A stretch of DNA of 64,000 nt, taken from IMG/VR virus record IMGVR_UViG_3300027542_000008, positions 1-64,000 of that record; one strand, given 5' to 3'. Positions within the stretch are counted from its first letter, which is position 1, and every line of letters starts with the position of its first letter. The translations under genes and the position numbers were made by a program. This document shows positions 56,763-64,000 of this stretch, one piece after another. The stretch is from an uncultured virus (IMG/VR IMGVR_UViG_3300027542_000008) (taxonomy: Duplodnaviria > Heunggongvirae > Uroviricota > Caudoviricetes). Under the pieces are notes generated by a model. That model did no database searches and had not been told where the DNA came from. It saw only the letters and a list, made by a program, of their open reading frames with translations.

Positions 56763-57314
56763 TTAAAGTAAATCGTCTGCATCCGCGGGCAATTCACCGA
56801 AGTCATCTTCTGCCTTCGTCTTGCCGCCGAGAGGTTCACCGTCACGGACCTTCTGAATGTTTCCGAGTCCGCACGCGATGCCCCTATTGCCGCTGCTGTT
56901 AAAAGCGTAGAAATTGATGGAAACTCTCGCATATACGCCGCTGTATACTTCGCCGCGCTCCAAAATAGGCTGCACTCTTGCATCCACAATCTGAGGTGCC
57001 GTTGCGCTGTTCGCGTTTACGAAGAATGCGTTTGCATACGCTTCGTCATCCTCTCTTTCCACATCACCGTCACGGAGCGGAAGTTTCAATGTTGCTTTGT
57101 TAGGCTTCTTGCCGCCGAACTTACCGATGCCTTCCTCAATCGCCGCATCAATTGCCGCGTTGATTTTTGCAAGCGTGTCTTTATCATCCTTGGGAATGAT
57201 TATCGACACACTGTACTTGGGAGTCTGTCCCTCGCTTACTGCCTTGGGTTCCCATACGTTTGCGTAGGAAAGTCTCACCACGCCCGTTACTACTTTTGTC
57301 TTCGAATTTGCCAT
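56763..57314 (-). CDS. DUF2815 ssDNA-binding protein
   Basis: RLSYANVWEP, PLRDGD, GIACGLGNIQK; acidic tail. Confidence 0.88.
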   Translation of the reverse strand: MANSKTKVVTGVVRLSYANVWEPKAVSEGQTPKYSVSIIIPKDDKDTLAKINAAIDAAIEEGIGKFGGKKPNKATLKLPLRDGDVEREDDEAYANAFFVNANSATAPQIVDARVQPILERGEVYSGVYARVSINFYAFNSSGNRGIACGLGNIQKVRDGEPLGGKTKAEDDFGELPADADDLL

Positions 57315-57318
57315 TTTT

Positions 57319-58458
57319 TTAATCTCCTTTTATTTCACTGAATTCGTTTTTTGGATTGGATACTTGAATTGCTACACGCTTATCGGTATCCTCGACAAGC
57401 GTAGGTTTGCCTTGCGGTTTTACTATGAGACCGCCAAGGACGGTTGCAAACTCCTTCTTCCCCATAAGCCTTTCCATTTCGGTTACCGGAATTAAAGTCT
57501 GCTTGTAAATGTCGTGGTAACCGGCAGCCTTTGCCGCCTTGACCACCGCTTCCTCATCCGCATATTTGCGGTTTGACCTGCCTTCGACCAGCTTGAAACC
57601 CTGCCACTGCTTCCCACCGAGCGCCGCCTGCAAAGCGTATTCCTGAATTTCCTCTGCCCACTTTTTTATGTTGGGCAGCTTTGCCAGGACAACTTCGATT
57701 TCAGCATCGGTTAACAGTGGAGGAAGTTTAAATTCGCTCTGCGCGATTTTTAACTTCTCTTCGGCTCTTGCACGGCACTTGACTGCCGCCTTGCAAAACA
57801 AGCACCATTCGCCGGGGCAATACTCGCCTTCGCCGTTGTAGGCTTTGACTGCTCTGGGTTTCAGGTCCTTATCCGCCCAGCGCTTAAGTCGTGCTGCCGT
57901 GATTTCCCAGGTGCTTACGTTTTCTCTTCGGGGTTGGAAGATAGTCATTTTTATTTTTTTAATTTGGTACTTCTCTCCAAACTCCCTCAAAGCGCCCAAC
58001 GCATACAGCTTCATCTGAGAATTATCTTCCGCTTCCACCAGCACACCCTGACCGTACTTAAAATCGATAATATACAGTCGACCTTTGGATACAATCAAAC
58101 AGTCTCCGGTTCCGAAGCCATCAGGCACATAGCAGGAAAAGTCCAGCCGCTGTTCAATGAGAACCTGTGTTTCCGCATCGCGCCTTCGTTCCCGGATGAC
58201 CTGCTCCATAACGAAATCCGTGTAATCGTCTGTGTACTGTTCCATTTCATCGTTATCGAAATTGGAAACCGGTCTCTCGCTGCGAAGTTTTAACTTTCGT
58301 CTGAGCTTGTGTTCACAGAGTGCGTGCGCCGCCGATCCTTCCGCTGCCGCCGCCGTTTCCCGGTCTTTGAATTCAAGTTCAAGCCTGGCTGACGGATTGC
58401 AGTGGAGCCAACGGTGCGATGCTGATGCCGAAAGCACTGCGTGTTTAGCAGGTGGCAT
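57319..58458 (-). CDS. DUF2800 PD-(D/E)XK nuclease
   Basis: LSASASHRW, GTGDC, IDFKYG, QMKLYALG. Confidence 0.88.
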   Translation of the reverse strand: MPPAKHAVLSASASHRWLHCNPSARLELEFKDRETAAAAEGSAAHALCEHKLRRKLKLRSERPVSNFDNDEMEQYTDDYTDFVMEQVIRERRRDAETQVLIEQRLDFSCYVPDGFGTGDCLIVSKGRLYIIDFKYGQGVLVEAEDNSQMKLYALGALREFGEKYQIKKIKMTIFQPRRENVSTWEITAARLKRWADKDLKPRAVKAYNGEGEYCPGEWCLFCKAAVKCRARAEEKLKIAQSEFKLPPLLTDAEIEVVLAKLPNIKKWAEEIQEYALQAALGGKQWQGFKLVEGRSNRKYADEEAVVKAAKAAGYHDIYKQTLIPVTEMERLMGKKEFATVLGGLIVKPQGKPTLVEDTDKRVAIQVSNPKNEFSEIKGD

Positions 58459-58696
58459 GTTCACCTCCTTTGGAATCCACTTCACAGATGGTGATACCTT
58501 CTACCGAGCTGCCGGGAACGACTATCATCACGCCCTGCATTCCGTTCAGCATACTTTTGAACTTTCTGTCTTTCGGGTTCATCTGCTTGCAAGTAACTAT
58601 GCCATCCTGCTTGGGTTCCTTGGAAACACTGATTTTGAGATTGTGCTTCACCTTCTTACCTCCTTCGAAGAGCGTTTCGTTATTGCTGCCCTTCAC
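58445..58696 (-). CDS. Phage hypothetical protein
   Basis: KHNLKISVSK...VPGSSV motif. Confidence 0.65.
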   Translation of the reverse strand: MKGSNNETLFEGGKKVKHNLKISVSKEPKQDGIVTCKQMNPKDRKFKSMLNGMQGVMIVVPGSSVEGITICEVDSKGGEHATC

Positions 58697-58744
58697 TATT
58701 CGGAGAAAAGGGGGTGGTTTCGAGGGGGGTATTTTAGAAAAAAA

Positions 58745-59134
58745 TTAAAAAAGTTTTTTGTATTTTGCTTTTATCTGTTTCAGGCTTTCCCGAACCACGC
58801 TCGGATCGCAGTGTTCTTCCCTTGCTATCTGCGCAGCCGAAGCGCCATCCAACCGGCGTTCAAGCCTCCGGCGCTGCACAGCAGTGAGTGTAGAAAGAAA
58901 CTTGTCCACTTTGGATTGACTTTCTTCCTCTTCCCGTATGCGGTCCTGGTTCTGGCTTTCGTCCGCGAACGCCTCGCCTTCATATTCAAATCCGTCCAGA
59001 GAAATGCAGTGGTACCGCTGCTTGCGGTCTCCGTTCGATTCCTCTCTCCTCGATGCGGTAATGTACGCACCTATTTCTTCGCTTACCTCAACTTCACTCG
59101 TAGTTCCGTCTGCAAATTGATACTTGATTATCAT
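58745..59134 (-). CDS. Sigma-70 region 4-like regulator
   Basis: LSTLTAVQRR...SAAQIAREE...VRESL. Confidence 0.75.
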   Translation of the reverse strand: MIIKYQFADGTTSEVEVSEEIGAYITASRREESNGDRKQRYHCISLDGFEYEGEAFADESQNQDRIREEEESQSKVDKFLSTLTAVQRRRLERRLDGASAAQIAREEHCDPSVVRESLKQIKAKYKKLF

Positions 59135-59340
59135 AAATGCTCCTTCCTCTCCCGAAGGAACATCTGCGGCAAACCGAAATATAAAAGGCTTGAGTACCTT
59201 TCGATACCCAAGCCGAAAACGCCATTAAAAGGACGCATTAAAGAAAGGGTATCAACACACCTCCACATCCTAAAAATTGTTCGAAGTGCGTTATATCCGT
59301 TTGCCCTTTAATGCATGTCCGGGCGAGATATTTTTAATTA
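59135..59340 (-). ncRNA. Structured leader with internal terminator (putative attenuator)
   Basis: Stem ggacatgcattaaag/ctttaatgcgtcc; terminator ggcttgggtatc-gaaa-ggtactcaagcc-tttt. Confidence 0.55.
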
Positions 59341-59576
59341 CGGTTACAGTATAGCAAGAAAAAACCGTGCTTTAAATGCCTGAAAGTTGCCCGATTATTG
59401 ACCAGTTATTGTCTTCACCAAAAGTTCTGCATAAATAAAAAAAGGCAAACTTCTTACTAACGAAGTTTGCCTTTTCAATATTATAGGGATTGTGTTTTTA
59501 CGTTTTTTATGCTATAATAAATACGATATTACTAATTGACTAATTCATACTACATATCTCTTGGAGGATGCGCTAT

Positions 59577-61028
59577 TTGAAGAAACTTTGCATAGGAACA
59601 TTCTTAAATATCATTTCGCAAGCCAAAGCTACTGCTCGAGGACAGCAGCGGCTTTTTAGTGCTATACTTGCTGGAATTGAGGATGATCCTTCATATGCAG
59701 AAGCCAGCTATCAAGGACATTTAAAATGTGGGGATAAAAATCCTTCCCAAGCATTCATAGATTTAACCAGAAAAAAACCTATAAATGAACTTGCCGATTA
59801 TTACGCTGAAAGTGTTTTACCACATCTCAATTCTTCACTTCAAAAACATATTGTTTTAGCGTTTAAGCAGGTACTTACCGAAGATACAACCATACCTGAT
59901 AGTCAGAATTTGTGCCCCATTTCGGGATATACTAAACATGATATTCTAACAAAAAATGCATTTTCTATATCCGGTCTTTTGGCTTGCCTGTTTTACTATT
60001 CTGTAACACAGGTTTCAAACACAGCTTGGAAAGCAAGCATTAAAGAAATCGATAAAGATTATGTAATTTCTTTTGAATCTCATAAAGATGAAATCAATAT
60101 TATTGAAAGCCATAGTCTCCCCGTAACCCCGCTTGCTGCTACCGCACGAAGCACAAGGTTTGATGCTGTATTCACTGAAGTTCATCCCAACCATGCTCTT
60201 TCTATTCCAAACCCTTCTGCCACTCATATTTATCACTTAAGCGTTTCCGGCAACGAATTCAGTTATAGAGATATTTCAAAATTTATCTGGGATAATATTG
60301 GACGCTATGTTTTTTCACGCGCGCAAAGAAATTCATACACAATGGAAGACATAGAAAATCTTACTGCTGATGCTATTCGAGCGTACAAAAAGAGAGTTAC
60401 TGCAGCCCCTGGTCAAAGCCATTTTGCAGAAATAATGTTATATTCGTTTCTGGAATGCGCATTAAACGCACCCAAAATAAGCAGTAAAATCGAACTTCAA
60501 AATATAGGTGGTACATACCAAAGTAAAACATCTGGCATACATTTACTTCCAAACGGTGCAAACAATCAGGTCATATTTGGAGCTTCTGAAGTAGTAAACG
60601 ATTTGAAAGCTGCAATAGATTCTGCTTTCGCTCAAATCAGTGAAATCAAGTCAACCGCTAATGATGAATATACCTTAATTGAAGGGGATATTTTAAACCG
60701 CTCGTTCGATGCCCCCACCATGCAATATCTCAAAGGAATGTTAATTCCGCAAAAAGGCGGTTCAGTTCCTCCCGATACTGCTTTCGGATTATTTATCGGT
60801 TATAGCATCGGCATTCCAAACGCCGCCTTACTTTCAAATGCGGATTACCGCGCCGCGGTTGATAGCAAAATGCAAGCCGATATAACTGCTTGCATCCCTC
60901 ATATAGAAAAATTAATTTGTGATAAAAATTTAACTGCGTATTCATTTTATATTTATGTCCTTCCACTGAATGATGCCGATAATGATAAAAACCTTATCAT
61001 GAATACCGCCTTAGGGGGTGAAGCATGA
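59577..61028 (+). CDS. hamA: Hachiman HamA-like nuclease (DUF1837) with N-terminal extension
   Basis: FAEIMLYSFLE..LNAPKI.SKIEL, GIHL, IFGAS, FYIYVLP; TTG start fits RBS ggagg. Confidence 0.75.
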   Translation: MKKLCIGTFLNIISQAKATARGQQRLFSAILAGIEDDPSYAEASYQGHLKCGDKNPSQAFIDLTRKKPINELADYYAESVLPHLNSSLQKHIVLAFKQVLTEDTTIPDSQNLCPISGYTKHDILTKNAFSISGLLACLFYYSVTQVSNTAWKASIKEIDKDYVISFESHKDEINIIESHSLPVTPLAATARSTRFDAVFTEVHPNHALSIPNPSATHIYHLSVSGNEFSYRDISKFIWDNIGRYVFSRAQRNSYTMEDIENLTADAIRAYKKRVTAAPGQSHFAEIMLYSFLECALNAPKISSKIELQNIGGTYQSKTSGIHLLPNGANNQVIFGASEVVNDLKAAIDSAFAQISEIKSTANDEYTLIEGDILNRSFDAPTMQYLKGMLIPQKGGSVPPDTAFGLFIGYSIGIPNAALLSNADYRAAVDSKMQADITACIPHIEKLICDKNLTAYSFYIYVLPLNDADNDKNLIMNTALGGEA

Positions 61029-63640
61029 TAACCCCTCACCATCTTACACTCGGTGAAGAAATTTTCAGGGACATCGATAAAAACGAATACCTAAATGAAA
61101 TTTATACAAATTTGCTGCTAAATTATAGTTATAAATTGATGAGCATACAGAGTATAAGCGCTCACCCTATCAATTTGGATGATGCCCTACGTTTTGCTGA
61201 TTTACTTTCAAAGTCTGCCGGCTTTGATAACTCGGAAAAACATAGAGCCTGGGCGCAAGAAATTGTTGCTCTTCTTTTTACCCTGTATCCAAACAATCCT
61301 AAAGTTGAATATTACGCAGCTTCAGTTCTCACCACAATCGGGAACTACCGCGGGGTGCAATTAATAAAAACAAATTACACCAGTACTTCTTTTCTTGATG
61401 CCCTTTACGCAAATTTTGATATGGAGTATCTATCAATTCCGTACCAAGAAAATAAGTATTTTTTCCATTCACAGAAAGCTATTTATGATCGGCTTGATGA
61501 AACTGCCTTCAGCTATTCTGGTCCCACATCCATGGGAAAATCACTCCTTATGAGAATGTTCATCAAGGATAAAGTAAAAAATGACGTTGCCGCTAATTTT
61601 GCTATTCTTGTCCCTACCAAGGCACTAATTACTGAAATTACAAGCAACATAATTCAAGACCTTAAATCATTATTGGAAGACAAAAACTATACAGTAATTA
61701 ACTCTGCCGGCGCGTTAATGCTTCAACAGCCGCATAACTTTATATTTGTTTTAACACCGGAACGCTTATTATACTTATTAATAAGCAATCCTCGCATTAA
61801 CATAAATTATCTTTTTATAGATGAAGCACATAAAATTTCCTCTGGCGATGGACGCAGTGCTTTTTATTATAAAGTTATAGACATGCTTGCAGAAAAGGAA
61901 ATCAAGCCGCATGTTGTTTTTGCTTCGCCTAACATCCCTAATCCTGAAGTGTATCTTAAGCTCGTACCAGACATTGAAGCAACTAAGCGGGCTGCACTTT
62001 CTACAAGCTATTCCCCCGTTAGCCAGCTAAAATATTATATAGATACTTTTTCACAAAAAGTTACCCTATTTAATGAGCATTCAAAGCAAATGCTTCCGAT
62101 TACCAGCTTACAACCCGGTGTTAGACCTTTACAACTCGTCAGGGCTATTGCTTCAACTCCAGGCAAACAAAGCATTGTTTATTTTAATAGCAAAGATAAA
62201 GCTATTGAAATGGCAAGAGAATATGCGCAGACTCTTCCTTCAAAGAATGACCCCGTATTAGAATCTATAGCCAAAGAAATAAGAAATGAAATTCACGATA
62301 CATATTATTTGGCAGATATTATTACAAAAGGCGTAGCTTACCACGTTGGATATCTCCCCGCATATATCCGCGCAAATATAGAAAAATGTTTCCGTGAACA
62401 TAGAATAACCATTTTATTCTGCACAAGCACTTTGGTTGAAGGCGTGAATCTGCCAGCCGACAATTTATTTATTATGAGTTACGGCAACGGACCTCACAAT
62501 ATGACTCCAGTTGACTTCCGTAATTTAATCGGGCGCGTTGGAAGAATCGAATATAACCTTTACGGAAATGTATTCATTATACGTTCCGAACTCAAACAAA
62601 GAGCAGAGAAATATCAAGAACTTATCGAGCAAGATGTCCCCGAACAAAAAATTTCTCTGGTTACAGAATTAACCAAGCCACAAAAGGCTAAAATTGTGGA
62701 ATCGCTGCTTGCTGGCACTACTGAGTTCCAGCAATATCCAGGGACACAAACAAAAGAATCATATGCGCTCATGCGTAAATTTGGTTTAATTTTATTACGC
62801 GACATAACTAAAGATAGAAACAGCGTCGTTCGTCGAGCCTTTGACGATTTCCTTAATCCAGAAAATGTTCAAGCAATCAAACAGCACTTTCTTGGCTCTC
62901 ATAAACGCACAAAACCTGACGATGACATAAATATTTCAGTTGACCAAACAGAAAATTTGTACACTGCAATTAGCAACGGAAAAAAGTATCCCGACCGAAA
63001 CGCTGATGGCACATTTGACTATGAAACGGTAGTAAAATTCTTAGAAGAACTATACGTAATGTTTAAATGGGATAAATATGAAAGTAAAACGCTCGGATCC
63101 ATTTCTGATGATGGATCACATAAAGCATTACGTTATTACGCAGTTATTTTAACTCAATGGATGGAAGGATATGGATTAAAAAGTATAATTGATAAGGCTA
63201 TATTTTACAAGAAAACACACTTTGAATCCACCGTAAATATTAATGGCAGACCAGAATATTATGATGATTCAAGATTACACAAAAATGCCGTAACCGCGGA
63301 AACACTAACAATCATTGATCATACCATTCTTTTTAGCCTTGCAAATTACTTCTTGCGTTTTTCAACAGAATATAAAAAGCAACATCATGTTGAAAACTTT
63401 GATAATGATTGGTATGAATTTGTGGAATATGGCTCAACAAATCCTCTCACCATTCTATTACAAAGAAACGGATTCTCGCGCGAAACTTCCACTTATATAA
63501 AACAAAACCAAAGCAAATATGTAGAAACAACTCTTTCGGGACCGAAACTGAAACTATCTCTTTTGGAATGTCCAAAAGAATCCGTGCGAAGTGAAGTTCA
63601 AGATATTCAATATAACATTCCCGAAATATTTATAAAATAG
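61025..63640 (+). CDS. hamB: Hachiman HamB-like DEAH/Ski2 helicase
   Basis: GPTSMGKS, LTPER, IDEAH, TSTLVEGVNLP, GRVGR; coupled to HamA-like gene. Confidence 0.8.
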   Translation: MITPHHLTLGEEIFRDIDKNEYLNEIYTNLLLNYSYKLMSIQSISAHPINLDDALRFADLLSKSAGFDNSEKHRAWAQEIVALLFTLYPNNPKVEYYAASVLTTIGNYRGVQLIKTNYTSTSFLDALYANFDMEYLSIPYQENKYFFHSQKAIYDRLDETAFSYSGPTSMGKSLLMRMFIKDKVKNDVAANFAILVPTKALITEITSNIIQDLKSLLEDKNYTVINSAGALMLQQPHNFIFVLTPERLLYLLISNPRININYLFIDEAHKISSGDGRSAFYYKVIDMLAEKEIKPHVVFASPNIPNPEVYLKLVPDIEATKRAALSTSYSPVSQLKYYIDTFSQKVTLFNEHSKQMLPITSLQPGVRPLQLVRAIASTPGKQSIVYFNSKDKAIEMAREYAQTLPSKNDPVLESIAKEIRNEIHDTYYLADIITKGVAYHVGYLPAYIRANIEKCFREHRITILFCTSTLVEGVNLPADNLFIMSYGNGPHNMTPVDFRNLIGRVGRIEYNLYGNVFIIRSELKQRAEKYQELIEQDVPEQKISLVTELTKPQKAKIVESLLAGTTEFQQYPGTQTKESYALMRKFGLILLRDITKDRNSVVRRAFDDFLNPENVQAIKQHFLGSHKRTKPDDDINISVDQTENLYTAISNGKKYPDRNADGTFDYETVVKFLEELYVMFKWDKYESKTLGSISDDGSHKALRYYAVILTQWMEGYGLKSIIDKAIFYKKTHFESTVNINGRPEYYDDSRLHKNAVTAETLTIIDHTILFSLANYFLRFSTEYKKQHHVENFDNDWYEFVEYGSTNPLTILLQRNGFSRETSTYIKQNQSKYVETTLSGPKLKLSLLECPKESVRSEVQDIQYNIPEIFIK

Positions 63641-63642
63641 AA

Positions 63643-63676
63643 AATGAGAGCTGGCTGTTTCAGCTCTTATTTTTTT
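63643..63676 (+). terminator. Intrinsic terminator
   Basis: atgagagctg...cagctcttat + T run. Confidence 0.7.
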
Positions 63677-63748
63677 ACATTATTTTCTAAAAAAAGACAT
63701 CTATTCAGGGTAGCATAAAATAGCCCTGAACGAGCCTGGCTTAGTAAA

Positions 63749-64000
63749 TTACCGCAGTTTACGGTCAAGAAAATGCGAAAGAATTAATTTTGATTTATCG
63801 CTCTGCCTGAATATTTCTTCAAATTCATTTTGAAGTTCGATTGGCGGTACTGAAATGGATATTTGCTCTAATCGCGCTTTGGATAGTTCCTTAAATGTAT
63901 TACCCGTTCCAAGGTTAATAAAATAATCTTTATTAATACGGAGAGCCGCATATAAATATACCGGATTGAGTTTTTCGCCACAAATAAAATTCTTAAATCC
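63749..64000 (-). CDS. hsdS: Type I R-M specificity subunit, 3' fragment (truncated by window)
   Basis: Translates GFKNF...LNPVYLY...GTGNTFKELSKARLEQISISVPPIELQNEF...DKSK. Confidence 0.8.
   Translation of the reverse strand, partial: GFKNFICGEKLNPVYLYAALRINKDYFINLGTGNTFKELSKARLEQISISVPPIELQNEFEEIFRQSDKSKLILSHFLDRKLR

Larger units (their letters stand above)
17415..59340 (-). mobile_element. Siphovirus-type prophage with serine recombinases (boundaries approximate; att sites not identified)
   Basis: Co-oriented replication, packaging, head, tail, holin and recombinase modules. Confidence 0.92.

Noticed and set aside
57319..58458. Cas4-like nuclease as evidence of CRISPR-Cas
   Set aside because: It is the DUF2800 nuclease of a standard phage replication module
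58232..59311. 359-aa plus-strand ORF
   Set aside because: Antisense to three well-supported minus-strand genes; no recognisable motifs
1..64000. tRNA/rRNA genes and attL/attR direct repeats
   Set aside because: None recognised by eye; serine recombinase att cores are too short to spot without an empty-site comparison

Overview
AT-leaning Bacillota (Clostridia-like) DNA made almost entirely of mobile or accessory genes. Bases ~17.4-59.3 kb (minus strand) hold an apparently complete siphovirus-type prophage. In transcription order it carries a sigma-70-like regulator; a DUF2800/DUF2815/PolA/primase/VRR-NUC/SNF2 replication module; an ArpU/RinA-like activator; HNH-terS; MetK, a ParB-methyltransferase and a PAPS-reductase-family protein; amidoligase and GGCT; terL, portal, ClpP and HK97 capsid; tail genes with a -1 frameshift; a holin with no visible endolysin; and a serine recombinase cluster. 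Right of it lie a Hachiman-like hamAB pair and the 3' end of a type I R-M hsdS. Left of it is a cargo block (lipoprotein; RNase III + 469-aa protein + Zn ribbon; GmrSD-like nuclease). Further left is a second module: a divergent XRE pair, one apparently inactive and one active serine recombinase, three paralogous AbrB-like domains and two ParB-like proteins, followed by a phage-like operon with a metallophosphoesterase. The most unusual signals are non-coding: a switch-like 200-nt leader on the RNase III operon, promoter-bounded small RNAs before a DUF3800 gene, an attenuator-like leader on the phage early operon, and several repeated promoter/operator motifs. All family calls come from motif recognition by eye; no searches were run.
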